Origin: Octopus vulgaris
Taxonomy: Eukaryota
Direction of reading: 5' to 3'
Assembly (NCBI GenBank): GCA_951406725.2
Contig: OX597814.1
Span: 184,698,001 to 184,762,000, forward strand
Length of the DNA: 64,000 nucleotides
Under the pieces are notes generated by a model, which saw nothing but the letters and a program-made list of their open reading frames with translations, did not search any database and was not told the DNA's origin. Position numbers and translations under genes: made by a program. Below, one piece after another: positions 12,335 through 27,553 of this stretch (positions are counted from its first letter, which is position 1; each line of letters begins with the position of its first letter).

Positions 12335-13933
12335 AGCATTTCCGCAGGAGATATGGATATTCCACGACGACGTTGTTCGTAGGTTGTTGGAATACTTTTC
12401 CTTGATGTTCTGTGATATAAATATTAAAATAACTCCTTAATAAATGGTTTTGTTATAAATTATGTTGTGTGCAAGACAACGAAATGTATAAATCAAGAAA
12501 TATAAACAAAAGATTAAACAAATGCATTCTAGATACGTCCGTCTTGAAATATAAGATGGAGTGGTCGAGGAACGCCTTTGATCGTAGGCCTCCTCTGTCT
12601 ATATAGGCCTTGGGGTTAAACGACATTGCCAACAACACATAGAAAACTTCGATTTTCAACCATAGAATTGATATAATTATCACAATAAATACAACTACAC
12701 AAAACAAAATAGTGAACACATACATATAGAAACTTTGATATTAATATCATTCTGGCAATTACTAAAACACTCGTTTTGAAAATAAAAGCTAATCGAAACT
12801 AATATCATGAAAACGGTTACAAATATAAACATTCTAAATTACTAGCAACTCAAACAGAAACTTCAAATTATAAAATATGAAGTAAGAAGCAAAATAGAAT
12901 ATAATGGAAGGAGTATGTCAATTCGCAAAATATATTTTATCTTTTAGTTATGGGGAAAGGTTGTAGCCAGGAACATTTGCAGGGCCATGGAGACTCATGG
13001 GAGGTATTATCAAACCGGAGGACTGGCCCGAATGCTTTCCCTAGAGCAGTTTGCGTTCATTGAATTCAAGGTGCCAGGCAGAGGTGTTTATTAAATCGGA
13101 CGACGGATTAGAGGTTGGCATTTATGTAAGTCACGGTGGGATTTAAGCGCAGAATGATAAGAGTCAAAACAAGCTTTGCAAGTGGTCCCTTCAGTATTCT
13201 TATACTTCCACCAATCTACTGTCCTGTGTTGCTAAATTTCTACCGACTTCGAAAAGATGAAACACAAAGTAAACTTAGGGCGAAGAAAGTCGGAAGATAC
13301 TGTGAGACATTATATCTGATACTCTAACTAAAAAGTTGCTCGCAGCATTCAAATGACGTGTCTAATCTAAAACGTATAGTTTTACTAACAACAGCATTCA
13401 CATACGCACGCATACACACACAATATGTCTAAGGAGATACTTTAAAAATGTATTTTATCAACCCCAGTGCAAGACATCATATGCGACTTCTACGGGATTT
13501 CGATTCAAATCTCGAAAGCATGAAGAGACGTAACTAAATTCATAAAATATTTTGCTACCTTTACTCCACCTTTTCGACAATCGATCTATGCTTAATATAG
13601 CACTTTGTTTATCACGGCTATATATGCTATATATTTATAGAAAGCTATTATGCAGTCAGATCATTTAGAGTCATAATCATTTCTTCAGAGAGATTATATT
13701 TTAGAGAGTAAAGAATAAATTACCAACATATTAATACAAGCATCAAATTGAAACTGTGGAATTTTTGCTGATTTCAGCATTTGAAATACTTGTAAAAACA
13801 AACTACATGCACATTTCTTTTTTGTTTATCTAAAAGCAAAGAGATTAACATTATTTGATAAAGAGTATCACGAGTATCATTGCAATACGGGTGGCATATG
13901 TGTGTGTATTTGTGTAAACATACATGCTTACAT

Positions 13934-13996
<63 letters not shown>

Positions 13997-14101
13997 TATA
14001 TACATACTGTAAGTATATATGAAATAATGAAGGTACTAGACGCAATTCTTATATACATATATATACACGCACACACATGCATTTACATGCGCATACACAC
14101 A

Positions 14102-14152
<51 letters not shown>

Positions 14153-14153
14153 A

Positions 14154-14191
<38 letters not shown>

Positions 14192-14206
14192 GCACACAAG
14201 TATTTG

Positions 14207-14410
14207 AGGCAGCGAGCTGGCAGAATCGGTAGCACGTCAGACAAAATGCTTAGCAAATTTCTTCCGTCTTTAAAGTTCTCAGTTCGAATCCGCCAAGGTC
14301 GTCTTTGACTTTCATCTTCTCGAGGTCGACGAAATAAGTACGTTGTACACTAGTGTCGATGTAATCGGCTCGCCCCTACCACTCAGCTTACAGTCCTTGT
14401 GCATCCAGTA
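14207..14410 (+). mobile_element. tRNA-derived SINE, family B (diverged)
   Basis: GGCAGCGAGCTGGCAGAATCG..GTTCGAATCCGCCAAGGTCG..TTTCATC..GGTCGA..AAGTAC. Confidence 0.75.
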
Positions 14411-15056
14411 GTATATACATATATCCATGTATATAAATACATACATATGTAAGCACGCACGCATGCACACGTGTGTGTTTGTTTGTGTGTGTGTGTGTTG
14501 ATAGAAAAATGTGTGGAAAAGGATTCATGTACTGATTATAAATGTAAATACTGTAATATTAGTGCCAACTCATTAAGAGAACATCAAGATCGTGCTCATT
14601 ATTTTGTAGGTTAATTCGTTGGACATATTTTAACCCAAAGACATTATTAAATTTCCGTGTAATAACAGTGAAGAGTGCTAGTAATAAGCGGCCGCTGGAC
14701 ATGAGCCAAATTTTAACATTAATATTTACCACACCCATAATTTACCAGCCTAACCGAGCCCAACCCACACGCATCACATGTAATAGTATAGTGCTGTCGC
14801 TTGATTTATGCTCGGGGAAATCGCTCCGAATTAGCTGAGTGACTTTTCCCCAACTGGTACGAAAGATTTAGATGACACAAACATCTGACAAAATGAGGCT
14901 AACTTCAACGAAGTTTTTCTCGTTATTTTCTTTTTAATTTTCCATCAAAATTCTTATCCAGTATCAGAAATGCGAACTTATTCTAAACCAACAACAGCAA
15001 CAAAATTAAGAAAATCAAACAAGTAGTAGTTGTAGTAGTTGTTGTTGTTGTAGTCT

Positions 15057-15120
<64 letters not shown>

Positions 15121-15237
15121 TGTTGTTGTTGTTTTTGTGGCGGCTCGTGTTGTTGTCATATCAACGACGATAACAACAACAATAATTCATTTTTTTATCG
15201 TTTGATCTTTTTGTCACAGATGCATGAAATATTACAA

Positions 15238-15268
<31 letters not shown>

Positions 15269-16049
15269 CAAGGAAAGGAGTGTGGGGTTAGAAAGTATAC
15301 AAGATATGAATACAAGATAAACACACATACATATGTGAGCATGTGTATATGTATAAATGTATGCCTGTGTTTATATGTATGTTTCTATACAAATAACGTA
15401 TGTATATTTACATATACGTATGTATGTATGTATGTATGTATGTATGTATGTATGTATGTATGTATGTATGTATGTATGCATGTACGTACGTGTATGTGTT
15501 GATATAAGGATTAACAGCTACGTTGCAAAGAATATTACAAAAAGAGTCACAAGCGCACAAGAAAATATAGACGAAAAACGTAAGTTTAACGCTATCGGAC
15601 GGGCAAGATGTGATCCCTTCATCAACTGCCCAGTAGAAATCATCGCAATTTCAGTACCTAAGGTACCATTGTTTATTCCAGTGTTACTCCTAGCTAATTA
15701 AGTTACAAGGATGCAGTGAGGGTGCACGAAAAAAGAAAAGCAGAAATATAAAAGGTAAAAAAATAAAACTACATTTGTCTTTCGATCAGTGTATTAGACA
15801 GTGTAATGTACGAAGTGAAATGAACAATATCGCCACAGGAGCTGAAATTGTGATAACTATCAATTGGCAACTGAAGAAGGAATGCGATTTATGCCCCTCT
15901 GTTGCTATATTTTCGTTTTTCCTGTTTATATCCTCATACATACGCACACATATAAATATATATGTATATATACATACATTCAAACACATATATAGATAGA
16001 TACATGCAAACTTGCATACATACATACATTCATATTCTAACCCACACTA

Positions 16050-16520
16050 TGCTAGAGGTAATATCCATTCATAATTAGAAGGAATACTGGTGGAATATCC
16101 TTGTGAAAACTTCATTAAAATATACATATAATATACTTGACATAGTGATTTGGGATAGAGAATAGAAACTCTGTACAGTAGAAGAAACCAGCTGCCCAGC
16201 GGATGTTAGCATAAAGCTAAAGATTAGCGAAAAAGAAAATAGCTACGCTGAATAATTGATAAATCTTCAGCTATTCAACACAGATTACAAGTTCAGGTAT
16301 ATACCTGTAATTACTGGGCACTGTTATATGAAACACACTACCTAAGTACCAATCTTCAGAAATGAGGTTTCTTTAAATCAGAAAGGGGAAAGCTGATTCG
16401 AGAAAGCTGATTCTTTAAATCAGAATGGAGAAAGCTGATTCGAAAGTTGATTCGAAGATCCAAGCTATCTCTGGAACAGCAAAAATTTGTAAAAATGGAG
16501 CTTTAAAGATTTGCGATACA
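16050..16520 (+). pseudogene. Second R4/Dong-like RLE-domain fragment
   Basis: EYWWNILVKTSLK..DIVIWDRE*KLCTVEETSCPADVSIKLKISEKEN..DYKFRYIPVI is homologous to 717-1235. Confidence 0.8.
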
Positions 16521-16589
16521 GCATTGTGTATATATAATACGAAGTAAATTCTTATCTAGTATGCATGCATACATACATACATACATACA

Positions 16590-16622
<33 letters not shown>

Positions 16623-16944
16623 GCATGCGTGCATATATACATACATATATGCATTCGAATTGACAAGCGGAAGAAAACTGTATCCAATACATTTGTTCAT
16701 TTATTTGAAATGGTTGCTACTAACAGTAGCTTCTCTGATTTTTTTCACTACGTGCAATCTTTCAAACGACAAAATATGCACCAACCAAGTATTCAGCTCT
16801 ATTTAGTCAACAAAGATTTATGATTTTACCATTATGTTAGGATTCATTTTATGTTTGCTATGATTGAAGAGTGTTTCATATTTATAAAATAAGCGCAAGA
16901 GATTTTCTGTGAATATTAATGACGTTTGATTTATATACTTTAAG

Positions 16945-17158
16945 TTACTCTTTTACTCTTTTACTTGTTTCAGTCATTTGACTATGGTCATACTGGAGCA
17001 CCGCCTTTAGTCGAGCAAATCGACCCCAGGTCTTATTCTTTGTAAGCCTAGTAATTATTCTATCGGTCTTTTTTTGCCGAACCGCTAAGTTACGGGAACG
17101 TAAACACACCAGCATCGGTTGTCAAGTGATGTTGGGAGGACAAACACAGACACACAAA

Positions 17159-17197
<39 letters not shown>

Positions 17198-17392
17198 ACA
17201 CATATATATATAAATATATATGTATATACGACGGGCTTCATTCAGTTTCCGTCTACCAAATCCACTCACAAGGCTTTGGTCGGCCCGAGGCTACAGTAGA
17301 AGACACTTGCCCAAGGTGCCACGCAGTGAGACTGAACCCGGAACCACGTTGTTCGTAAGCAAGCTACTTACCACACAGACACTCCTACGCCT
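16945..17392 (-). mobile_element. tRNA-derived SINE, family A (internal microsatellite, CR1-type tail)
   Basis: Head GGAGTGTCTGTGTGGTAAGTAGCTTGC..CCGGGTTCAGTC; tail GGCGGTGCTCCAG..CAGTCAAATGACTGAAACAAG(TAAAAGAG)n. Multiple copies occur in the window. Confidence 0.85.
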
Positions 17393-19174
17393 ATGGATAT
17401 TGGATATTTTTGTTATTGGATATTTTTGCACTGACTTGACGACGGAGTTTTCCCAATATTACATAGTTAATTCATTATGTAATGTGTTAAGTTAGACATT
17501 TCTTTTGCGTGTTGCCATTACTAATATAACGTCACATCTCATACTTTTGCTGATTAGATTGTCCTTAGTCTTCATTTGTCACACAATTGTTATATAATTA
17601 GTCTTCGGTTCCATGTCAAGTGTTGCGTATAAGTAATTTTCTTTTAATAAACGCATCGAAAGAAATACTTGCTTCCAAAGAGTTAAAATGTTAAAGAACC
17701 TAATGCTTTCCATCTCGTCACATATAAACGGAAGCAACCTAAATGTCTTCCAAAAGCTATGGAGATAAAACATTCTGACTCCCTTCGTGAAATGTTGACA
17801 CCAATTTAAATAAGTAATGGAAATATACGAATAATTTCCCAGACAAGAAAATAAAAAATAAAAGTAGAATGGTAAAATATAATGTAACTAAGAAACATTC
17901 TAAACAAATTTAATGTGTTCTGTTCATTCTAACTTAAATTTAGCTTCTAATAAATATTGCTATCTTCTTGGAAACTACATTTGTTTGACACCTTGTCTTA
18001 TCGTGATTACTTGGGGACTAAGGTTTAGTTTCCCATTCTCCGAGGGAAAGTGTTTGCTGATAAGAAAGCTATGCTATTAGTAGTAACCAATGATATACAT
18101 ATTTTTTAATCTTGTTACGTTTCTTAGCTTTGGCATAGAAAAATGGTTTAGAATTGATTAGAGAAAAGAATATAATGATTGTGAGAAAGCTAATTCTTTA
18201 CAGCAGCTCTCTCGTTATTTCTGTGAGGTCACACCATAAACAACTAGAGACTATAGGTAGGAAGAGGATGAAATTCGAGAAAATCTGCTTATCAGAAACA
18301 ATATTTGGAGGGAAAAAAATCAATATAATATAAATAAAAAATAACAAAAGCAGATTTATATGCCTATGTTAAGGTTTATATAGTTAGGTGCAAGATTCCT
18401 ATTAGACTCAAACAAAGAATCATGAAATATCAAGTGTCTGTGTAAGGAACAAAGAAATAAGAACGCAATGTAGTGAATGATAATCTGAACTTTAGAACAA
18501 AAGGAAGACGAATAACAAAAATCGATGCATCTTAGGATTGAGTTATCATTTGTAGATTCTGTACTAAAGCTACAGATGAAGAAGTGTTTAGATTAATCAT
18601 AGGAGTGGTGATAGGTGATTTGCTTTAGTCATATGTTCATGAATGTTATTCTGTTCGATCCTCAGTTATATTTCACAATATAAGATTCGTTCAGAAAAAT
18701 ATCGAGATTTCCTATCCCCAAATATCTAGAATATACCATATTTCATATTTGCGTATGCGATCAAGAATTTGAACCATCGTTCGACATCATTCAGTAACAT
18801 AATTAAATTGTTTCTTTAGCCTATGGTTTACTTAACGAAGCTACCTTTCTTAACGAAGCTAACTTTCAGAATACAGTGCTGTTGTTGCTGTCGCCTCGTT
18901 CCAGACGAGGAATAATCGATCAGACATTTAGTGTAAGATGTGGACAAAGGTAGATTTTGATTTACGATATAGGTGACTGCTATATCTAGCTGACTGGTCA
19001 TTCACTTACAACACCCTGTTTTGAGCTACGTTTCATTCAATGCATACAGAATCACTAGGATCTTGATATAATGTGGTATATGAATAAAATAAATATACAG
19101 AACCACGTGTGTATGTATGTATTATTCTCTGTTTACGTATCAGGCCAGTGGAGAGCTTTCTAATTTAAAACTAT

Positions 19175-19360
19175 TTTACTTGTTTCAGTCATTTGACTGT
19201 GGTCATGTTAGAGCACCGCCTTTAGTCGAGCAAATCAACCCCAGAACTTATTCTTTGTAAGCCTAGTAATTATTCTATCGGTCTCTTTTGCCGAACCGCT
19301 AAGTTACGGGGACGTAAACACGCCAGCATCGGTTGTCACGCGATGTTAGGGAGACAAACT
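19175..19360 (-). mobile_element. SINE family A, 3' half
   Basis: Homologous to 16960-17145. Confidence 0.8.
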
Positions 19361-19520
19361 AAGTAACTTGATACTATTTTGCATGCGTTTAAGTGATATC
19401 TAACAAGAGGCATATATTATGCATAAATCGCATTAAATATTCAATGGTTACTTCATTACTCCTTGGTTAAAATTCTAAATGATATATCTATCTTTACAAC
19501 TCAGAAATATATATACATTA

Positions 19521-19581
<61 letters not shown>

Positions 19582-19820
19582 CAACCAAAAATAACTCTAA
19601 AATCACTTCTTTTGGGCTTTTAATTAATTATTCTTAACTTGATCCATTATCTTCACTCAGGCTAGCACTCAGATCTCGTTTCTGTAGTCTTAAGCAACTA
19701 AGGAGACGTCACTAGAATGTAAAAATGTTAACCTTCAAGAAAGAACACAGTTCTGATTGATGTTTCATATATATATATACATAGACATTCACACATACAT
19801 ACATATATTTATATATGTAT

Positions 19821-19882
<62 letters not shown>

Positions 19883-19894
19883 TATATATATATA

Positions 19895-19926
<32 letters not shown>

Positions 19927-19929
<3 letters not shown>

Positions 19930-20217
19930 AAGCGCAATGGCCCAGAGCAGCAGACTCATGGTCAGAGGATCGCAGTTTCGATTCCCAGAGCGGGTGTTGT
20001 GTGTTTATTGAGCGCAAACACCCAAAGCTCCACGAGACTCCGGCAGGGGGGGGGGGCGACCCCTGCTGTACTCTTTCGCCGCAACTTTCTCTCACTCTTT
20101 ATTCTGTGGGCCTGTTCGCTTAGCCAGCGGGGTGGCGTCATTTGAAGGCTAAAACAATGCGAAGCGCATTGTGACCAGCGAAGTGTAGAAACATCTGATA
20201 GCCTGATCGGTCACGTG

Positions 20218-20220
<3 letters not shown>
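19927..20220 (+). mobile_element. tRNA-derived SINE, family C with alternative 3' tail (..GGTCACGTGAT)
   Basis: Same head and body as family C. The tail is shared with 40632-40905 and 60650-60857. Confidence 0.8.
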
Positions 20221-20283
<63 letters not shown>

Positions 20284-21732
20284 TGCGATAAATTGGAGAA
20301 GCGGTGACGAGTGACAATTCTGTAAATAATATTTAAAGCGTATAAGCAGTCACCGTGTATTGACTAATAATCCCCAATACTTGACTATTTTCTTTAGTCT
20401 ATACACAATGATCACTTATAAGCTTTAAGCTTATAAATATTATTAATATATATATATACATATATACCAGCGTGTTCCAATCCAGAAAATCACTGGAAGG
20501 GCCCCAGAATGCTTCGTCTTCCTTTAGCATCTTGAAGGTAAGAAATTACGAATCGTACTTCCCAGCTTAACCTTTACCGTGCTTGGAGGACTTATGCCCA
20601 GTAATTTGGAACTAACAAACCCAGTGCTTCTAGCAGTGAACTGTGCTTATCCCTGATAATTACCTACAGTTGGGTCCGCAAATTTTTTGCGGCTTAAGAG
20701 ACTTCGCGATGCTAGAAGCAACTATCCCTCGCCAGTAATGAGATAGGAACTATCGATTTCTTAGTCATCAGGCAACAACTTACTTTCGCTAGATCAACTG
20801 AGCTAATATCTTATATGAAGTTAATTACACCACAAGCGCAACACTAACAATTTAGATAGAATATCAGCAATCATATAAAATCGTTTGAAGTCTTCTGATA
20901 TATAATATGCTTCCTTTCACTGATTCTACCCGTATCCCAATGGAACGGATTATTCGTTCGGCATAGCCGAGCTTTCATTAAAATACCCTCAGATATGATG
21001 CGGGCTACAATGCAAAAGTATTTTTATTAGAACTAAAATAGATAAGTCGAAATAGGTTTTATTAATATAGAATGAAGAAATGAAATTAAAAAAAAAATAA
21101 TAAATAAATTCTAAAGAAAGAACTTTTGTTTTTAATATTCTAAAAGAAATTGAGGAATTTATAGTAAATTGAAGAAATGGTACTCTTTGTATTACCACAC
21201 CCAAACACATATAAGTATGTATTATATTTTCACATACATTGGTAGCAATAATATATGTGCTTGTAAGCATGTATGCGTGTTCGTATATGCATATTTAATA
21301 TGTATCAACGTATATGCATGTGTATTTCATTTTGCATGTATGCATGTATACATATTAATTTAAAGTAATATCGGGTAGAAAATTCAATGTAAAAGATATC
21401 AAAAGAGAACAACTTATTATGGAGCCCAGTGTGGCAGAAAAAGATATTATTATTGTAGAAAGTGTAGCAGTGCAGCAGTAAAACTTCAGATATTGCAATT
21501 TTCTTTTTAGCTGAACACATACATACATGCGTCCAAACACACACACGTATATATATTATATATACATATACTTGTGTATGTATATATATATATATATATA
21601 CATAGACATATAGACATGCATATATATGCATATATGTATATATATATATATATATACATACATGCATATATATGCATATATGTATACATATATATACATA
21701 CATACATGCATACATATAGATATTTACATATA

Positions 21733-21805
<73 letters not shown>

Positions 21806-21903
21806 CATTCTTGTGTAATAGACATGCGGTGTAAGTTTATATACATGTATATGTGTTTCTTGTGGTATATTTGTGTATATGGAAGCAACATATATTGGCA
21901 TGC

Positions 21904-21962
<59 letters not shown>

Positions 21963-22374
21963 CATACATGTATTTGCATGCCTGTGTGAGTGTTCACTGT
22001 CGCTTTGTAAATATGCATATAAAACATTTGATGTAACATAATTGAATGAAATAGTTTTATATTAAACTCTATTGATAGCTGTGATGGGTGTGCTTTATAC
22101 TTGACTTTCTTGCTATTATTAATACTGTTTACTTTCTTGGCCTTTTATATTCTTTCTAATTTAACTTTATATGCTACATGTTGCATTTTCTATCGGACTA
22201 TCAGAGGTTCAAACTACGTCTGACCTTCCTACTAAACTCTGCCAGTTAGATATACCTAGTGTAGTGAAGTTACTGCTCGAAAACTACCATACTCTTTGCA
22301 AGTCTGCTTCCTTCCTTCGCCCATTCGCGTATCATTCGTGTATTATCATGTTTATCATAAGTAACATTTTTTTA

Positions 22375-22735
22375 CCTCTAATATTGGTTCCAAATTTTGG
22401 TACAAGGTCAGCAAGATCGGAGAAGAAATGAGTCGATTTCATCGACCCCAGTACTCAACTGGTACTTATTTTATCAATCTTGGAAGGGGTGATAGGCAAA
22501 GTTGACCTCGGTGGCACATTTGCTGTGAGCTGGAAGAATTCTTAGCACGCCTGGTAAAATGCTAAGCCACATTTCGTCCGTCTTTACGTTCTGAGTTCAA
22601 ATGCCACCGAGGTCGACTTTGCTTTTAATCTTTTGGGGGTTGATGAAATAAGTACCAGTTAAAACACTGGGGTCGATGTAACCAACTTAGCCTCCGAAAT
22701 CGCTAGCCCTTGCGCCAAAATTGGAAACCATTATT
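22375..22735. mobile_element. Two family-B SINE copies, back to back (- then +)
   Basis: GGTACTTATTTTATC..GTTGACCTCGG on the - strand, followed by GAGCTGGAAGAA..GAGGTCGACTTTGC on the + strand. Confidence 0.7.
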
Positions 22736-23061
22736 CATGTGCATGCGTGTGTGCATGTGTTTCATGGTCTCAGGTTTCTAAACCTACCTATCTATATTTG
22801 TTAAATTTATTTATTAAATCACTTTTAAGAATCGTTTTGTGGGTAGGGACTGGAGATTCTGATTCTTGATTATCTGTTTCTTTACTAGGCACTTTGTTGA
22901 TGAACAACATATATAAACTAAAATTTGAACGAATGAGTTTGTTACAAATGGCCTACATTTTTGACATAACAATGTTTGAAGCAATATTAGATAGTTGAGG
23001 TAAGGCGGCGGCTGGCAGAATCCTTAGCATGCTAGATGAAATGCTTAGCGGTACGACGATG

Positions 23062-23360
23062 AGTGTTCTGGTTGAATCGATCAACCGAACATCCTGCTGG
23101 TCACCTTAATGCCCAAGAGGCTGTGCATTCCACAAAAACGCGTTCCTTTAACATATTTCTAAGTGGGGTCCAACGTGACACAGTTTGTGACAAGGCTGGC
23201 CCGTTGAATTATAGGTACAACTCGTTTTTGCCAACTGAGTGGTCTAGAGCAACGGGAAATAAAGTATCTCGCTCATGGACACAGCATGCCGTCGAGAATC
23301 GAACTTGTAACCTTACGATCGTGATCCTTATATCCAAACCACTAAACAACGCACCTTCAC
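23062..23360 (-). mobile_element. tRNA-derived SINE, family D
   Basis: tRNA-like head followed by GTGTCCATGAGCGAGATACTTTATTTCCCGTTGCTCTAGACCACTCAG. A related copy lies at ~25445-25630 (+). Confidence 0.65.
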
Positions 23361-23571
23361 AACATAGAAACCTCCCGACGTGGTGATTTCGGTTCACGGC
23401 TTGTAGTCTAAATGCATTAGTCGGTTTAGCGCCACCAACAGGTATTTCAGTACCTTCAACAAAGTCTGCTCCGTTGTAAGCATTTAAGCCAGGTCCCCCG
23501 TCTAAACACAACACCTCGGCACTAGAAAGTGCCATCAGTACTGCTCTGTTTTTCCTTATCATACATAGTTA

Positions 23572-23790
23572 AAAGGCGGTGAGCTGGCAGAATCTTTAGC
23601 ACACCGGGTAAAAAGCTTAGCAGCATTTCGTCTGTCTTTCCATTCTGAGTTCAAATCTGTCCAGGTCGACTTTGCTTTTCATCCTTTCATGGGCGATAAA
23701 ATAAGTACCAGTTGAACGTGGGAGTCTGTAACCGACTCACTCATTCACCCAAAATGTCTGGCCTTGTGCCAAAATTTGAAACTATTACTA
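23572..23790 (+). mobile_element. SINE family B
   Basis: GGCGGTGAGCTGGCAGAATC head; tail GGCCTTGTGCCAAAATTTGAAAC. Confidence 0.75.
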
Positions 23791-24464
23791 TACATAGTTT
23801 TCAACTAGCAATAAACACACCTCGGACAACTCTCACTCGGGATCATTCTATCTTTTTCACATGCACAGAGCGGATAGGACTACATAAATTAATCTTTAAC
23901 ATTATCACCTGTTTTAAGTTCGTACGTTGTGATCTGTTAGATATGGGGTGGTATGTCGAAGAGCGAAAGTCTCCGTATAATATTTATATGGCTGTATAGC
24001 AAAAGAACTTAATTTAAAGATTGTAAAACAATGATCGGAGTGGAATGAACTGGGTATACTCCATCGGATATGCAACGTGTATTTTTATGAAAAGCTAGTC
24101 GGAACAGTTGAGTTACTCCTAGTTCCACCTAACCAATCAACAAACAGAAGTTTAATGCACGCGCGCGTGTGAGAGTGTCTTAAAGATAAGGTTGATTACA
24201 AGATAGTAAGGTCTTCTGTTCTGTATCTTTGTCTTACTAGGTTTCTCAGTGCCCGATGAGAATTCTGTGATCCAGTCTTCACTGTATTACTCATGAAGAG
24301 ATTTTGTTATAGGGTATTTTCAGTACGAAACAGCAAAGAATGCAGCACCGTGTCGGAAGCCCTTGTATAACAAGTAGAGGCCAAAATTTATACATACATC
24401 TATATATACATACGTGCATATAAACATACTTGCATATATATATATATACATACATACATATATA

Positions 24465-24737
24465 TATGGGAAACTACCACCTGTGTCATCTCTTGTGAAA
24501 GGTAGGAGAGTCCAGTTTGCTGGACATTGTTGTAGAGCTGAAAAAGAAGTAATTTCTACTCTTCTCCTCTGGAAGCCATCTACTCGCAATACCAGAGGGC
24601 GCACACTCTCCTACCCTGATGTAATCTCCAGGGATACAGGCATCCAGCAACAGGACCTCCGTAATGCTATGATGGACCGTGAAGTCTGGCGTAGCATGGT
24701 AAATTCCATTGTCTCAACCATGGTCGAACAATGATGA

Positions 24738-24741
<4 letters not shown>
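24465..24741 (+). mobile_element. 3' end of an RTE-clade LINE with (TGA)n tail
   Basis: YGKLPPVSSLVKGRRVQFAGHCCR..LLLWKP..RGR..AMMDREVWR, then a stop running into TGATGATGA. Confidence 0.85.
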
Positions 24742-24795
<54 letters not shown>

Positions 24796-24834
24796 GTAGT
24801 AATGAAGTCAGACCAAATACTGATATTTTGAAAT

Positions 24835-24901
24835 GTTTTGATACGTACGTTTCACGTTTACGTAATATATAATAGGAAATGCACCATTTCTCAGTCAAAG
24901 C
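24835..24901 (-). ncRNA. Decayed hammerhead ribozyme with palindromic stem III (ACGTACGT)
   Basis: GCTTTGA-CTGAGAA (core one nt short)-..-GAAA-CGTACG-TA-TCAAAAC. The insert ends at a (TA)n tract near 24790. Confidence 0.6.
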
Positions 24902-25084
24902 ATTTTTGAAACCCGTTAGTTGAAGTGTAAGCCTCAAGTCACGCAAATTTTACAAGGCCTTTGCATCTACTCTCTGCATTATAAACCGTTAGGAAATATT
25001 GTGCTGTTATTCTCAAGCTAGCTTTAGAACAATATCCCCACTTTCACCACTACTCACTTTCACCTTCTATCCATAGATATAAAT

Positions 25085-25228
<144 letters not shown>

Positions 25229-25856
25229 TCTGCACCTTGCAACATAAATTTCCGTGGGCTCGTAGCACTAGCATTCGGTCACCTTCACCGGACGAGCTAG
25301 GGTCATTTTACAAGCCCGCTAAACACTGGGATGCATGGAATTGAATCTAACTGTTATTATGTAATAAAATAATGTATGTAACTGCGGCCTAATGTTTTGA
25401 GCGTCACTTTTGTTTGTCCACTCATTTATATCTATAAATATATACGAGTAGTCCAGTGTTATGGGTATTGCACTCACGATCATCTAGCGATCGCTGGTTA
25501 GCTTCCTAAACCGATCGGCGCTTTGTGTCCTTGAGCAAAACATTTCCTTCCACGTTGCCCCAGTCCACTCACGAGTAAATGGGTAACCCTGCGACGGACA
25601 AGCCTTCCGATCAGGGCGAATGTTGGTCTTCTCACCAAGCCGGCCTTATGTGATTGTCTTTCTAAAGCGGCTAGAAGTGGCTTCTCCTTGAGCTAGTTAC
25701 AAATTAAAGGAGATATGAAAAGGCAAATGGTTTGGCAAGATTTGGTAAGGACGTTTAATTTAGCTAAACAATACTAAAACCCGAGGCTATAGTAGAAGAC
25801 ACTTACCCAGAACCATGTTGTTGGAAAGAAAGGTTTTTACCACACAGTCACGCCAG

Positions 25857-25930
<74 letters not shown>

Positions 25931-25933
<3 letters not shown>

Positions 25934-26270
25934 CTGATGAAACAAACCAATCGTAAACGGATTTAATTTAATTTAATTAAGTTCGATTGCGTAAAAATTG
26001 TTGAAACCTTGCAGGGTACAAAGTTGGACAGGATAAATGTTTTTATTTCTCCTTTAGCTTTCAGAATTACTACTATTTTTACGGTTTGAGTTTTGGCTGC
26101 TCTTTTGAAGTGAGTCGAACGACCTGTAAGAGTCTTTCCTTAATATTTTGTTGAATATATTATATAGTCTGTGGCTATTTCTATTTTCTCACTTGACCGC
26201 TGGTTGCAGAAAATTTTTCTTGAATTTTTTCTTGAATTTTTTTGCTACCCTATATTGATAAATTAATATA
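25931..26270 (+). mobile_element. Penelope-pLTR-like hammerhead insert, diverged relative of 7807-8130
   Basis: TTG-CTGATGA(25934)-AACAA..TTGTT-GAAA(26003)-CCTTGCAGGG-TA-CAA. It has the same TTAATTTAATTTAATTAAG stem-II loop and the same TTTTTTGCTACCCTA..TTGAT.AATTAA end as the 7.8-kb copy. Confidence 0.8.
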
Positions 26271-26943
26271 TATATATTGTTATATTTCGGAATGGTCATA
26301 TTGCCAGTTTAGCCAATAAAAACACACGCACTATATATTTGGTGTTATTTTGCTTCAGTGATATTTATTTTTTACATTAATCTTAATCTTATTTCGGCCA
26401 AAGTTCTTTCGTCACACTCCTGTGACCGCATCAGTGGTCCTTTGTTTTCTTCTCACTTACTTGTGTCTCTCCTTACTAACCGTCAGCCATTTTGTATTTC
26501 TATTGTATGTCTTCATTTGTGCATGCTTATATCTCTATGTGCGTCTATGTTTATTTAGTGTGTGTGGGGGGGATGCCTGTAATATTTGTATCTTCTGGTT
26601 ATATACATTCTTGTAATTTGTATTTTGTTTTTGTTGTTGTTGCTTTTGTTCTAATTTTGTTCATGTGTTTACATCCACCCATTATTATCATTACATATGC
26701 TTGTATGTATGTATAACAACAATATTAGTAATAATAATAATAAATCTAATCGAAAAAAAAAAAAAAGAATATACATATACATATATATACATACATATAC
26801 ATATACATATATATATATACATATATACACACATATATACACATATACATATACATATATATACACATACACATATATATAGATATTCATTTCTATTTCT
26901 TTAATTACCTGTGTATTTATTATGTTTGCAGGATCCACTATTG

Positions 26944-27230
26944 TCATATGTTGTGGTGTGCGCTATTGCTCCATTCTAGTTTTCTATTCAGGCTAGGTTT
27001 ATTTTCTATTATATGTGTAGCTTCTGTAATTTGTCTAATTGTTGCATCTGTTCTATGTGTGGACAATATCTTAATCTCTATGTTATTGATTGATCCCCCG
27101 TGTTCTTGTTCGGCGTGTTGGTACAGAATCGATGAGCTTTTACCTTCCTTGAGTTGTCTCCAATGTTCATTCACCCGCTCACCAATGCTTCTTGCAGTTT
27201 CCCCTACGTATGTTACTGGCTTTACAGTTC
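26944..27230 (-). pseudogene. GIY-YIG endonuclease C-terminal part of a Penelope-like element
   Basis: [51 protein letters not shown] carries the YVGET, R..EH, E and LN motifs. Confidence 0.9.
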
Positions 27231-27553
27231 GTTTTTTTTTTCGATTAGATTTATTATTATTATTACTAATATTGTTGTTATACATACATACAAGCATATG
27301 TAATGATAATAATGGGTGGATGTAAACACATGAACAAAATTAGAACAAAAGCAACAACAACAAAAACAAAATACAAATTACAAGAATGTATATAACCAGA
27401 AGATACAAATATTACAGGCATCCCCCCCACACACACTAAATAAACATAGACGCACATAGAGATATAAGCATGCGCAAATGAAGACATACAATAGAAATAC
27501 AAAATGGCTGACGGTTAGTAAGGAGAGACACAAGTAAGTGAGAAGAAAACAAA

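Noticed and set aside
24250-24340. CCGATGAG...GAAAC motif
   Set aside because: No stem II or stem III pairing and no NUH site.
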